Part shown: piece after piece, positions 48,358 through 64,000 of the stretch
How the letters are laid out: every line of letters begins with the position of its first letter
How positions within the stretch are numbered: position 1 is the stretch's first letter
Origin: Psilocybe cubensis
Taxonomy: Eukaryota
Direction: 5' to 3'
Assembly: GCA_017499595.2 (NCBI GenBank)
Contig: CM039002.1
Location: 434,001 to 498,000, forward strand
Length of the DNA stretch: 64,000 nt
The notes under the pieces: model-generated
What the model was told of the DNA's origin: nothing
Databases searched by the model: none
What the model saw: only the letters and a program-made list of their open reading frames with translations
Translations under genes and position numbers: made by a program

Positions 48358-51300
48358 CTAGGTCTGTTTGTTGTTTGCTTCTTCTTCTTCCCATCTGTCG
48401 AGTGCTTCGTTATCTTCCAGCATTCGTCCTGGAAGCCATTCATCGTGTTCCTTTCCAAAACCCGCCCAACGTACTAAATATTGCATCCCTCGACCTCGCT
48501 TCCTTGCGTCAACTATCTTCTCCACTACTGTCTCTTCTATTCCTTCCTCTGTAATGACTGTTGGTGGTCTCACGAGCTCTCTGTCTGGGAACATTTCCGG
48601 GTCGTTTGGCACGAAGGGTTTCAACAGGCTGGCATGAAATCCTGGGAAGGTCTTTGGGTTATTTGGGAGTCGCAGTGTGTATTCAGATCGCTCGGGAAAC
48701 GCTGATTCTACCAGATATGGTCCATCGAACCGTGGCATGAATTTGGCAACTCTCTTCTTTCCTTTGCGCTTGTAATTCCGTCGACGGTTCTTTGTAGAAA
48801 GCATTACCATATCGCCCGGCTTATACTCAATTTCGTCCCCCCGTTGTTCATTTGCTTGAGCTGCTTGTCTAATTTTTGCGGCTTGTAGTGCGTCTTTTGC
48901 CTCTCTGACGTCAATCTCCACCTTTTCAATGATCTCTCTAGCTGTGATCTCTGCCAACGGAGTGTCGTCAGTTGCTTGTGTGAGCGGTGGGATTATTCGT
49001 GGTGATCGGCCTGTTTTGAGCTGAAAACCCAAGTACCCTGTTGACGCATTTACTGTATTCATCATTGCAAATCGGATTCGCGGCAGTTTGTCTAACCATC
49101 CCTTTTGGTTCATATCAACGTAATAGCATATCGCTTGATTGATTGTCTTGTTGGTGCGTTCACTTGCGCCATCTGTCTCTGGGTGATATGCTGTAGACAT
49201 CTTGATTTTAACATTCAGTATCTTGCAGATGGCTGTCCATAGTTCCGACGTGAAGATTGCATCGCGATCACAAATCAGCTCTTCCATTAATCCATTCTCA
49301 AAAATCCAGTGGTCCACCATTACGGATGCAATCTGTTCTGCTGTCCAGGATGAATGAGTTGGAATAATTTGGATGTCCGTACCCAAACGACACGTCATTG
49401 TGAGTATAGTGTCTTGTTCCTTTTCCTCGGGTAAAGGGCCAATGAAATCCAATGCTACAGATGTGAGACGTTTGTCGGGGACTGGGAGTGGATGGAGAGG
49501 GCCTGCAGGCTTCGTCGTTCGATCTTTGTTTCTCTGACATTCAGTGCATGATGGTATGTATGCCTTCTCAAGGTCTTTCCTCATGTTGGGCCAGTAGTAC
49601 GACCCATGTAGTGCCTCATATGATTTATCAAATCCAAAATGTCCCAACGAGTCATGAGCCAGATAATATATGCGTTCACGAAGTTTCTTGTTGTTGGGAA
49701 TTACCAGTCTCTGCCCTATGTAGATCAGCCCGTCCTTTTCTTGTGCATTGGGTAAGCTCTTCTTCTGAATCGCTTCACGGATTTGTCTTGCAAATGGGTC
49801 ACTCAAATATCCATCTTTGATTGCCTGGACAAACTCCTTGTCGATGGAAATTTCCAGCACTGCTCCAACGGTGGCTCTGGTTTTACGACTTGGGTTCCGA
49901 GTATACGCTAACGCGCAAGCTGCAAATCTTGGGTTTGGTTCTTCATCTGGCATTCGTGATAAGGCATCTGCCGCTGCATTTTCTTCTCCTCGGATGTAGT
50001 GTATTTCGAAATCAAAATCGGCCATGTACATTGACCACCTCATCTGGCGACGTGACATGTCTTTCTGGGCCTGGAAATATTCCAACGTTCGGTGATCCGT
50101 ATAGACCTCAAATTTCACTCCTAACAGGCTGCTGCGCCACTTCTTTAACGCTTTCACTATAGCCAAAAGTTCCTTCTCGTGTGTGGGATAGTTTTTCTCA
50201 GCATCCTTTAGCTGATATGAATCATAAGCCACGGGCCGTGCAGTTTCCCAGCTTTTTCCAAAGCTCAGTACTGCCCCTGTTTGACGATCGCTTGCATCCG
50301 TAGTGACGTAAATCTTTCCTTCAGGGTCATCGTAGTTGATAACAGTTAAGCATTCCGCACTAGTGACCAGTTCCTTGATGGCGTTGAAGGCTCGATCATG
50401 ATCGGGTGTCCAGGCGGGGAACTCTCGATCATAATCCTTACTCGTTAAGGGTGTTAAGATGCTCGTGTATTCTGCAAGCGCTGGAAGGAAAGCTGCGAGA
50501 TATCTTGTGAGCCCTAGAAATCCCCGCACACTTGTAGCATTTCTCGGTCGTGGCCAATTTTTTACTCGATCAGTCTTTGCAGGATCTGCGTGAATTCCTT
50601 TTGCTGAAATGACATGGCCCAGAAAGGTGACTTCCGTTGCAAAAAGTATTGATTTCTTGGCATTGCAGTAAAGGCCCGCCTTTCGAAGTGATATTAAGAC
50701 TTTTTCTACCCGTTCTGACAGTTCCTCGAGACTGTTTGCCCAGATTATGATGTCGTCTAGATAGACGTGACAGATAGAGGCAATGAGCTCTCGTAGTGCA
50801 TCAGTCATTCGGCGTTGATGAGTTGCTGGTGCATTCTTTCCCCCCATGGGCATTACTACCCATTCGTATAATCCCCACGGTGTGCGTACTGCTGTAAGAT
50901 GTATGTCGTCGGGATGTACTCGTGTTTGGAAAAAACTGTTTGTCATATCAAGTTTTGCAAAGAACTTTCCTCTTCCGCAATCTGCAAGAATGTCATCCAC
51001 TCGAGGAAGAGGAAATTTGTCGGCAACCGTGTTCTTATTGATCTCGCGATAATCGTTTACCCATCGTGGGGGCACTGACAGATCTGGTACTCCATTCCTG
51101 TATTTAGGGATACAGAATGCCGGTGATGCATATTCCGATGATGATGGTCGAATCCGTCCTGCTGCCAGGTGTTCCTCCAAAAGCTTTTTCCAGGAATCAT
51201 GATACTTTTTTGGAGCTGCATAACCCTGACCTGCGTGTACCTTATTCTTGTTGACTAGTCGTATTTGATGATAAATATGGTCTGGGATGTCTACGTTGTC

Positions 51301-52986
51301 TGGGAGACGGTCAGGAAATCGATCTTTGTATTTTTCCTTCATTTCTTTATCCATCCGCTGCAATTTCTCCTGGAACAGGACATGGTCAATCTGCTCATTA
51401 ATTGTTGCAACCAAAAGCTTTGCTTGCTTGGGCCCAACCTGCGATCGTAGTTTCTGCTCTTTCTCCATAGCTGCTCGTCGCTTTGCTGCTTGATCTATTC
51501 TTGGACCCACTTGAGATCTTTTTTCAAATCCGGTATCCTTTGTAGATGCAGGCTTTTGTTTTGGAGGGTTCATTAAATCGTAACCCGAGCGCTTATCAAT
51601 TGCAGTCCGCCCCATGGTGTCAATGACTATATTTTCAGATGAAAGAAATGACAATCCAAGAAGAAGAGGTACAGATAAATTGCGATGTATTTTTGCTTTG
51701 TGTGTCCGTGCTTTCCAACTCCCGTTTCCTGACGATATCTTTATCTTCACAAATTCCCTGCATTCCAATGGTGTGTTGTCAATAGATGATAGATTATCTT
51801 CTTCAGAAGGCAAAGGATATTGATGGAGGCCGAGTTGGGTGACAAGTGCGTCATCAATCACTGTGGAGGGGGAGCCAGTGTCAAGCATGGGTCTGATGCG
51901 GAATGGAAAATCCACGACTGCCGGCCCCTCAATTTCCATCACAGGAAAGAGGTGGGGAACTGTCATAGATGTAGAAGGGACGTACGAGTCAGAATCAGTC
52001 TCTTCGTCATGTATAACAAATGATGAGGACGATGTGTTAATTTGTCCTACAGGCAACGCTTTCTTTGCGCCTTGAGTTTTGGCGTCGTGATCACGCTTTG
52101 CTCTTTGCGCCATTTCTTCCGTGAGGGGCTTGTACCCAACTGCTGACGGCCATCCGTTTGGACATTCCTTTGCACGGTGGCTGACATAAAACTGTCGGCA
52201 CTTGGTGCACCCGTCATGATTGTTGAGAAGCTGGCGCTCTTCGGGTGTGATCTTTGGCAATACCGCCCTTCTGTTTCCAAGTAGAGTGTTGGATTGTGGG
52301 CCCGTGTTTGTGTAGTTTGGACCATCATGAAGGCGTTCCAGTAAGGATTTCTTCTCCTGTTGGCGTGCGGCAACTCTACTTGCATAGCTGGCATCGATTT
52401 GACGTTGCGTGCGCGCCCGTTCTTCGCCTAGTCTGTCGTCGCGATCTTTCACCTCTAGGGACCACGCGGCTAGTTCAGTAGCTGTGACTGGCTCAAATCC
52501 TAACGATTCACGCAGTTCCTGATTGAGGTGCGATTCGAGTTGCACCTTCAATGCATCGCTTGTAAAGGCGTATCCAGCGGGGGCCATGGTCTTTAGAATC
52601 GCATTCAAGTTCTCCATCTCGATCTTCTAGTCAATAAAGACCCGATCTCCTTGATACGACGTCAAAATCTGTTCGCGTACTTTATGCGCCCATTTCTTCT
52701 CCAATACAAGGGTTTGCAGCTCCTCCAAGTATTTCTCTAATGTCAACTCATTGATCCGTGTCGAATCGGCTTGGTACCAGGCTACCAGCCTTGGTTCTTG
52801 CATTCCATCGGCCACAAATTTCACGACCTCCTTTGGCGACTTGTCTGCGTGCTTCATATATTTGCGGCAAGCCACTCCCCACAACTGCATTACCAACGGG
52901 TTTATCTTCCCCGCAGTGAGGATTGGAACATCCTTCATCTTGTTCTGGATGACCGTGGCAAGGGGTTTGTCGTCATCGCTTGGCAT
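48358..52986 (-). CDS. Gag-Pol polyprotein in one frame, interrupted by one TAG in gag
   Basis: Zn knuckle CTKCRQFYVSHRAKEC, protease MLDTGS, RT YLDDIII, RNase H TTDASD, integrase HHCC and DFIG/DRD/E, chromodomain YLVRWAGFGKEHDEW; in-frame TAG at 52627-52629; start codon inferred. Confidence 0.92.
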
Positions 52987-53337
52987 TTTGACAACGGTGG
53001 GCAATTTGGTGCGATTGTGATGATCAGTGGTCCGATTGACGATCGGCGTGAATAGGGGCGTGTGTATGTGTTGGTCTTCTCCTTCAGTGTCTGATTTCAA
53101 GGAATCTGAGAAGCTGGAGTTGGTTGAGACTGACGGTGACGGTGGTGGTCCTTGTGGCTCGGTACGCGGTTTGCGGAAAACGGAGAGGCCTGGAACTAGG
53201 TCAGATGGCAGACCTAATGCTTCTCGCCTCCTTGTAGACTCTCGAGTGGTTCGAGGCGGTTCGGTCGACAGTTTGAACAGTGAGCGGTGACGGTGACGGT
53301 GGGCGACAGCGGGACGTTGTCGCTTTCAAAAAAAAAG

Positions 53338-53601
53338 TGGAAGGCTGTCGGTTCAGGCAGCCTCACTACAACACGGAAAGGACAATGTTCTCCTTCATTG
53401 CGTAACGTCTAGTTAATACAGTGTAACTACTATATAATATACTACTCACCTTCGTTGCGTAACGTCTAGTTAAAGCAACGAAGGTGAGTTTGTTGCTCTT
53501 TTGTTCTTCGGCCTTATTACTTGGCTGATTTGATTAGCGAGGTCCCAATCCGGCTTCCTCTGTGTGTGCCCGCAAATGTGTGGTATGCCTCCAGGCTTAC
53601 A
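53338..53601 (-). repeat. 5' LTR
   Basis: Direct repeat of 48043-48306. Confidence 0.97.
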
Positions 53602-53855
53602 TGAGTGCTATTTTTTGACAAAGTTAACCAATTGTGCCGCAATCCCGGGAACAATCACCGGCATTGTTGGAAATAGCCTGGCCTTGGTACGGGTCTAGAA
53701 GGGTCCAGCCCATCACACGGTATTCAAGCCGTCAGGTTATGTCAGACATGGTCTGTGCGTCACGTTCCAATATAGGCGGCAAATACGTGTCCACCAGGGC
53801 CGGTCGCATACATGATGAATGTGACCACCGACTTGTGCTTCAGGTAAGTACATCA

Positions 53856-53941
53856 TTTGATAGTCACAAACCGGGTTGCATACTAAGAATTTGTCCTGTT
53901 TGATAGTCACAAACCAGGTTGTATACTAAGAACTTGTTCTG
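53856..53941 (+). repeat. 43-bp tandem duplication
   Basis: tttgatagtcacaaacc(g/a)ggttg(c/t)atactaagaa(t/c)ttgt(c/t)ctg twice; differences are all transitions. Confidence 0.9.
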
Positions 53942-54245
53942 TGAGGTTGCATACACGCTGTAAGGTCGCATACCTGCTACCAGTTTGTACAGTATTTTTG
54001 TTTTCTGTGCCAATGTAATACATATGAAATGTACCAATTCCTTTTTATGTTTACCTATATCATAAAATGAGAATTATCCAGGGATATAGCCCGTGCAAAG
54101 CGACAAGGCCACGGCTTGAAATCAAACTGGTGTCAATTTGCTGTATTGCAAGCGAGCACCTAATTAGAATATTTTGCAACCTGGCCATAAATCACACCCT
54201 GCCACTTGACCTCACCCTTACTTACATAATCTTCCTGCTTCTCTC

Positions 54246-55760
54246 ATGGAAGGATCAGCCAGCTCCTGCTGAGTTGGTCCGGATGGGTTGACCAAACAGC
54301 AGAGATATTTGCAGAAGTAGGTCTCTCAATTGCTTTGGTTCTCTGACCTTTATTGATTGCTTTACCCTTAGAAATTGGCAGAAAATCAATGCAAAGAATG
54401 CGGTCCAAAATTGTTTTTACAGGCAGCAAGAGTCAGAGCTTCTAATCAGCCGTATAGAACATAAAATCTAACTAAGTAAGCACAGGAAATTACTGAGGCA
54501 AGAAGAGGCCAAAATAGCAAACACCCTGGAGGTTGATAGCGAGGACGTTATTATTTCAGAGTCTAGGGTAGAACAACCTCAATGGGACAGTACCAGTAAG
54601 TCTCAACTATCAAGTTTGGGGCAGCAAATATATATATATATATTGAATAGCTATGTATACTGCTACGGCAGTATCTGTGGATCAATCCACACAAACTGAA
54701 CTTGGTGAGCCATACTTTATATTCAATCGTGATTTACATCTGGTCCTAACCACTGTGAAGAAAACCCCGACCAGCCAAGGCCTGAGGGGTATTATACATC
54801 CCAGGAATATTATGCATCACAAGAGTTCGACAACTTGATGCATGAAAAGCTGATGAAATTGGAGCATCTGGATTGAGCAAAGAAGGCCGAGGAGGCTTTT
54901 AAGAAAGGTATTCAAGAATACAAAGATTTCTCCAAGGCCCTGAAACAATGATGGACCATTCACTCAGGGTGGAAATACCCTTGACAATTTAAAGGCAGTA
55001 GATTGGAAGAGCGATGCCGACAGCTTCAAGGTTTCCTGCAAGAGGCAGATGAGCTGAATTGCAATCTTCTGCAAGAGACACCTCCCAGTGAGCCCGAATG
55101 GTTTGAAATATTTCTTTAGGTTTGCAAGATTGTAGCAAAACAAGGTCATCTACAAGTAGTATATCACACACTTATGGATACAGTGTAGACACCAATGTGA
55201 TTGACTTGATTCAGTATGAAGTAGCAACCAATTTACATGTTCTGGCAGTATCTACAAAGCTCAAGATACATCTCAGGTGTATGCGCAATGCGCAAATTGC
55301 TGTCACTGGAGACCCTAACCACCTCACCAGCATCCACAAGCTGTAGAAACTTGTTAACAGCATCAGTCCTAGTTGGGAGGGCTTTGGTTTGGGAACCACA
55401 AATTCCTTGGATGTTGAGATGCACAATGCTGCCTTGGGGGCGACTAAACAATAGGTAAGGTTCTGTTTGAGATAAAGATTTGATTTCAACTTACTACACC
55501 AAAGAAAAGATGCCTGGATCCCAACCAACAATGACTAGGGTCCATGTTCCAATCTCAGGAGTTGCTATGCCACAAAATCAGTCTTTGAAGCGGTAGAAAG
55601 CAGCAGATTGCACGTACACGGATCTTCAGGACGAAATCCAGTACAGATGGATACATCTTCATGATTTAGCACAGTACAAACCAGGGGAACAACCTCTACC
55701 ACCTCCCCACGCTCCAACACCGAATAGAAATGGGCTTTAGCAATCAATTCCAACGGGCAA
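54246..55760 (+). pseudogene. Decayed spliced gene of unknown function (probable transposon accessory gene)
   Basis: Long frame such as EFDNLMHEKLMKLEHLD*AKKAEEAFKKGIQEYKDFSKALKQ*WTIHSGWKYP*QFKG with repeated TGA/TAG stops and intact-looking GT-AG introns; ends approximate. Confidence 0.6.
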
Positions 55761-56738
55761 AATAGTGCATGACTACCAGAGATTCCGGTGTAATTATCAA
55801 GTGCGGCAGCCCTAAGAACAATGTTTTATAAGCATAACTGGATAGACACAATGAGTATGTACATAGTGAGCTTACCTCACATAGTACTGTTACATTGTAC
55901 TGTACTATACAATACAATGAACACAAATATGTGACCATATGATACGAGTCCAAAGAATTCACTAAACCAGTGAATATACTGTATATATAACAGGTAATTA
56001 CACTGTATCCCATCATACACATTCAGTGAATAATGGACTATTTGAAACTCCTTGTTAAAGAAGACCTACGTGATACATGTGCCACATGACTTCCATAAAA
56101 AAGTTTCAAACCGCATTCCGGGCCCGCAACATTTGCTCGGTCAATCCCGCACACACACTTAAAATCCCCAGTTTGCAATGCCCACATGTGCATTTTGAAT
56201 CCTGAGTTTACAATGTATCTTGAACGCGCATTCTGGATTCAGAACACAGTAATCCGGATATTCAGATTTTTCTACAAGTCTCCGCAGTACAAGTCTCCGC
56301 AGCACATACAATACCACAGACAATCACACGGCGGGAAATGTAAAAAATTCTGGTTAGGTGTTTTACAGGATAAGATAGACAATTGACTTCTTACATGGCG
56401 GTCCCGCCGTGCAAATATTCTGGTATGTTTACAGAATAAAATAGACCACTCTGGCAAGTTGTAGTCTTAGTAAATTATGTATGTAAGATCATTGTGGGCG
56501 GTTGGTGGCTCTGATTGGATCTGAACACATTCTCATTTTGTATTTCAGTGTCATATGCATATGTTAAATATTTCATTATGTCTTGACTTTATTGATAGAC
56601 TTGGGTGTCAGAGTGGAATTTTTATCATACCCGCGGTTCAGATTTTCTATGTCCTTGCTCCTCACATAAGCACACAGTAATACAGAAATGATAAGAATAT
56701 TCCATTTTGAAAACTAAAGCTGGTTGGCCGGCGAGATA

Positions 56739-57322
56739 TCAGAGGGGAGTATACTTGCTATCTACATTGTGCCTGTCTGCAAGCCCCTTTAGAGATTTTG
56801 AAATCTTCCTGTCAAGACGTTCCATTGCCTTTTGCATCGCATCCGCCGCAATTAATTTTTCCATTTCTGCCATGTAGAGCCTGTGACTGGCGTTTCGGTA
56901 ACAGATACCAAGCTGTTGTTGTAAACCTTGAACTTTGCCATGAAGAATCAACAGCTCCTGAGAGCTAAGAGGCTAGTATAGTTTTGTTAATATTGCTGCG
57001 GCGTATACATAGAATCAAGCTTACAGGGTCAGAGGGGGTATGCAGCATTCCGCCGAAAGTGACATATGTTGGCAAAGCTTTAGCTTGAGGGTACTTATGC
57101 GGGCTATTAGAAATGCTTAGCAATAAAAATGTATCCACACACCAGCCACAACCCGCTGGGCACCTTGATTGACGACTTTGCGCGATCTCCAGCAAGCTTT
57201 TGCTCCAAGGAAAGAAGTACGAAGTCGGGCACAATATATTGGGTTTTCTTGTCGGGTCCATTCACCACTGTGTAGCCTTTTGGTATTGCCATTGGGTCTG
57301 CCTTCATTTTTTTGGCTCCCAT
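56739..57322 (-). CDS. Small three-exon hypothetical protein (probable transposon accessory gene)
   Basis: MGAKKMKADP...QYIVPDFVL...|AKALPTYVTFGGMLHTPSDP|PLSSQELLILHGKVQGLQQQLGICYRNASHRLYMAEMEKL...; canonical splice sites. Confidence 0.6.
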
Positions 57323-57625
57323 GATAGAAAATCAGAGAGCGTCGGAAATAAAAATGGAGAAAAAGGATGGTACCTGTTCCCCTAAGCTGAAGCTCTATAT
57401 ATGTATGGAGGCCTCAAGAAGGCCAAGGATATATTTTTGATGGCTACCCCTGTATCAAACGCGTTGCCCACACGCGACTGATGATATCAAATTACACACG
57501 TGATTGTTTTGGGACTTGCGGGGGCAAATATGATAACAGACAGAGGTATTACATTGCTCGTTCTTTCCTCCCCCTCACCTTCCCAACCCTGTCAATTAAT
57601 TTTCCACAAAGGCGACACCTATTCA

Positions 57626-60600
57626 ATGGCTTCAGCATTCAAGAACGCGCAGTCTCTGCAAGAAACTATACAAGACTTGGACGTACGAGCAAGGTCGGCT
57701 GCTAGTACTGTGGGAATGAAGGAATTTGTTGCTTCGGTAGATGGGATATTGGTGCGTGTATTAGTTTTTTTGACCTCGTACCTTGCTGATTCTGTGCTTA
57801 TAAAAGCAGATCTCTGTCCTTCAGAAGGCCCGCGCTTTCCAGGATGTGTTCATCGAGTTCCATGGCATTTTCGCCTGGAAAGCTCTTGTAGCATTCAAGG
57901 CCGCTGCAAAAAATGGCACTCTAGGGCACCCAGAGTTTGAAAAGAAGATCCAGAAGCTGCTCCAAAAGTATGACGAGGATTACTCTACCTCCAAGGCCTC
58001 TACCCAGAATGGGCGCCAAATGTCTGCCCAGTCTGATCATGAAGAAGTTCAGCCTCCATTCCTCTCTACTGCTTCAGAATTACGTGCACCGTTCACCTCT
58101 CCCACCAGTACTCCTGCTTGTTCTCCTGCTGAACGTAGAACAGGTGCGCATAAATTGCCCTCTCCTCTCCCTGCTTCTGTTGGGAAACCAGAAACCACAG
58201 ATCCCGCCTCCCAGTCCGCTGAACCTGCACCTGAAGGACCCACACCCATACCTGGATCCGCACCCGCAGGACCCGCACCCGCAGGGCCCGTACCTGCTGC
58301 ACCCGCAGGGCCCGTACCTGCTGCACCCGCAGGGCCCGTACCTGCTGCACCCGCAGCTGCAGTTTCTGTACCCGCAGCTGCAGTTTCTGCACCCGCAGGA
58401 CCCACACCCGCAGGGCCCGTACCTGCTCCACCCGCAGGGCCTGCACCCACAGGACCCGCACCTGCAGGGCCCGTACCTGCTCCACCCGCAGGACCCGCAC
58501 CTGCAGGGCCCGTACCTGCTTCACCCGCAGGGCCCGCACCCACAGCTGCTATTGCTGCATCCGCAGGACCCGCACCTGCAGCTGCAGCTGCTGTACCCGT
58601 ACCCGTACCCACCCCACCCAGTGCACCCACTGCAGGTGCTGCACCTGCACCCGGTGCACCCACTGCAGGTGCTGCACCTGCACCCGGTGCACCCACTGCA
58701 GGTGCAGCACCTGCACCCGGTGCATGCAGTGCAGGTGCAACGGGTGCGCCCAGAGGTGCAACGGGTGCACTGAGTGCAGGTTCCACCGGTGCACCCACTG
58801 CATCTGCTGAACCTGCACCCACCGCACCCGCTCCACCTGTTGCATCTGCACTGCGTGCACCAGTTGGAGGTGCACCAAATGCAGTGGCACCTACTCCCCG
58901 CTCGTCCACTGCCTCCACCGCTCACTCGTCGACTGCACCCACCGCCCGCTCGTCTGCCAAACCCGCCTCCCGCTCGTCTACTGCACCCACCGCCCGCTCG
59001 TCTGCCAAATCCACCACCCGCTCATCTGCCAAACCAGCCGCCCGCTCATCTACTGTATCCGCCGCCCGCTTGTCTGCAAAACCCGCCGCTGCACCTGCAT
59101 CCCGCTCGTCCACTGACTCCGCCGCCCGCTCATCCACTGCATCCGCCGCCCGCTTGTCTGCTATTGCTCCCTCATTGACTGTCAAGGAGCTTCAGGCAGA
59201 ACTGAACCAAAGGATTAGGGGGCTTCCCCCCTCCCAGGAAACTCTTCGTTTTACTGTTGGGGACATTGCTCACGAAATTTCCCAAAGGTTGTCTAATGAG
59301 CCTCCCTCTCCACACCACCGCAACATTAGACGGGCTCGACGACATAACCACCCGCCATACAGAACCTACTGCATTTGATGGTGATGATGCAGCGGACAAT
59401 AACAAGGAGCAGCACGGTAATGATAATGAGGAGCAGCACGGGGTAACGACAATGAAGAGCAGCAAGGTAACGATAATGAGGAGCAGGAGCAGCAGGGTAA
59501 CAAGCGGAAGCGGGAAATTGTTCCCATAGTAAAGGGAGAATAATACAACAAGCCCTGCAACCGGTGCAAAGGACTCAATCAGGTTTGCCATCAGAAGGCT
59601 TCAGGTTGTGGTACGTGCTTTGAGTGTACAATTAGAAAGAGGTGCTGCATGCGAAATGGTGTCAAAGTTGTCACCCCAAAGGCAGAAAAGGGGACCAAGG
59701 AGGCAGGCAAAAGTAATGCAAAGGTGAGCATTGATTTCATGTAATATCACTGTATATACACTCATTGTCTACAAGCCCGGTCAATCGTCCAAACTTCACA
59801 AATCTCCCCTGGAGGTGGAGATGGTTTTGGATTCTGAGGATGAGAAACCAACGAAGAAGGCCAAACTATCCACCAAAGCCGCTCAGTTGCCTGCCCCGGT
59901 CACACCCGCCTCTCCCCCAAGTACCCAACCTCCCCAACCCCCTGCTTCCTTGTCCCATCCGGAATCCGCTACAAACACAGAGGGTGAGTGATGTCTTTTG
60001 CTTATTTTTTAATATTAACACTTCCATATAGTTATTGAGCTGTCCTCCAACGGCGAGGTAAATTCCAAAGCAAGGTTGACAAAGCCGCCTCCTGTCAAGG
60101 CGGATATTCAAAGTTTCCCAGCTAACCTCGCTGCACACCCGCTCATCGTGGACTTTGCCCGGCACCTTGCTGACATGGAGGATGCACATCAAGCAACTCA
60201 AGATGTTCTCGACACCATTCAAGAAAACCATCGCAAACTTGAACGTCGGCAACTTGATTTGATGCAAAAGGTCAATTCTCACAATCTCATTGGTAATGCA
60301 TACTACAACCGGGTCTCTGACATTGAGAGGAAGCAAGCGGATCTTGTTCAAGAGATGCAGACAATTGGGTGGGATTTGGATATTATTCAAGGGAGGATAA
60401 ATAAGCTTGTGGGCAAAGGGGAAGCGGTCAGTGAAGGGGATACCAACAGCGATGGGATGGTCGAGGATGTTGACAAAGACCAAGACGCCAATGGTGACAA
60501 TGATGAACATAGCGACCGTCAAAACGGTCATAGTAGAACTGCGCCACCCAATTCTTTGGAGAGGACCCATCGCTCAGATGACGAGGAGGATATGGAAATT

Positions 60601-60639
60601 GATTCCGATTCTGATTCCGATGCCCCCACTTCAAAGTAA
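57626..60639 (+). pseudogene. Pro/Ala-rich repeat protein with Cys6 zinc-cluster-like motif and coiled coil, disrupted
   Basis: Exons MASAFKNA...|ISVLQKAR..., AGPVPAAP/APTAGAAPAPG/ARSSTAPT repeats, PCNRCKGLNQVCHQKASGCGTCFECTIRKRCC at ~59553-59650 preceded by frameshifts and TAA at 59541. Confidence 0.6.
58250..59160 (+). repeat. Coding minisatellites (21-, 33- and 24-bp units)
   Basis: gcagggcccgtacctgctgcaccc-type, gtgcacccactgcaggtgctgcacctgcacccg x3, and cgctcgtctactgcacccaccgcc-type units. Confidence 0.85.
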
Positions 60640-60873
60640 CCGTCCGCCTCCTGCACTGTGGTCTTTGCCCATGTAAGATACTTTGGTTTGGGCTGCTTTG
60701 TTTAAATATTTCCTCAATTTCATTGTGTTTTGTGCATTTCCCTGAGGTTTTAATATTAAAAGTGGAAATTGAAAAGTAGGTCTAAACTACTGCTAAATTA
60801 TTTAGCTAGTTCTTTCCCTAACCCGGCGGTTCCTTTTTCCACTGACAATCAACTCCTCTTGAACCTCCGGCCT

Positions 60874-63309
<2,436 letters not shown>

Positions 63310-63536
63310 TCAGTAATGATATACACCAAAAAAACAAGCCAGTCATTACAAACACATACAAATAATGTTGCTGAAACAGAAATGGGTGGACGGGTTGAAC
63401 CAAACTAGAATATAGGTTTGTATTTATATTCCTGTGCATGCATCTCATGTGAAATTTCTCAGCTTATCGTACGATAATTGATCTCCAGATTTTTGGATAG
63501 CTCAGAGAAAGCACCCTCCCTTAACCAGCAACCACC

Positions 63537-64000
63537 ATGCCGTCTCAACGGACAAAAAGTACACGCAGATCTAAGAAGAATACCCTATACAAAGGTGATG
63601 CTGATGCTGCAGAGGCTATAACGTACCAGTCTCACACAAGAAAGACGCGTACTGGTCGGGAGGTAACTGAACTGGTAAAGGTACCTCTTACAGGTCCACA
63701 GATTTATCGAAGAAAAGACACAGCTCACCTGCAAGGTGGACAATTATTTGAGGGCTACCAACCAGAACCAGAGTCACTGGGATTTGACTCTAATTCTGAC
63801 GAAGAAAATGTGGACCCTACGGCAGCGAAAAAGGTACCAGGTCTTTTCCTTTGCTACAAGTCTTTTTCTCCAGCGTTAAATTTTCAAAATAGACACAGCG
63901 ACACTATATAAACCAGTTTGTTGAAAGAGTCGACAGCCTACTCGAGGCTTTTATGAGCAGGGAAGCACCTACCCAGTCTGCCACTCCCCTCTGCACACAC
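63537..64000 (+). CDS. 5' part of a probable KDZ (CxC2-type) transposase gene, truncated by the window edge
   Basis: MPSQRTK...acidic linker, intron, TQRHYINQFVERVDSLLEAFMSREAP...LCTH, resembling the helix preceding the Cys cluster of KDZ transposases; catalytic region not in window. Confidence 0.45.

Larger units (their letters stand above)
48043..53601 (-). mobile_element. Ty3/Gypsy chromovirus LTR retrotransposon, full length
   Basis: 264-bp TG...CA LTRs, 5-bp TSD TGAGT (48038-48042, 53602-53606), polypurine tract next to the 3' LTR (48307-48320), gag-PR-RT-RH-IN-chromodomain order. Confidence 0.97.

Noticed and set aside
57937..59185. Alternative-frame and antisense ORFs over the Pro/Ala repeats
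   Set aside because: Shadow frames of a GC-rich coding minisatellite

Overview
Eukaryotic, intron-rich fungal DNA, most consistent with an agaricomycete basidiomycete (short ~50-60 nt GT-AG introns, KDZ/Plavaka-type transposons). The left ~22 kb is ordinary gene space: GMP synthase, a three-repeat Myb factor, an aldose 1-epimerase, a P-loop GTPase-like gene and a secreted CE4 chitin deacetylase. 22-36 kb is a microsatellite-swollen block holding a ~2450-aa DUF1752/DUF3295 (Mks1-like) gene, bracketed by diverged inverted duplications that suggest it was inverted or relocated. At 36.6-39.7 kb is a Crinkler-type gene (Ubl header + NTPase + restriction-endonuclease-like region). From 40 kb on is a transposon cluster: a fully delimited 6.9-kb Plavaka DNA transposon (TIRs, 2-bp TSD, two genes), a young chromodomain Ty3/Gypsy element (264-bp LTRs, TGAGT TSD, oligo-T instead of a tRNA PBS), CpG-decayed pseudogenes, and a probable multi-gene KDZ element running off the right edge. 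Exon boundaries were read by eye and no database searches were run.
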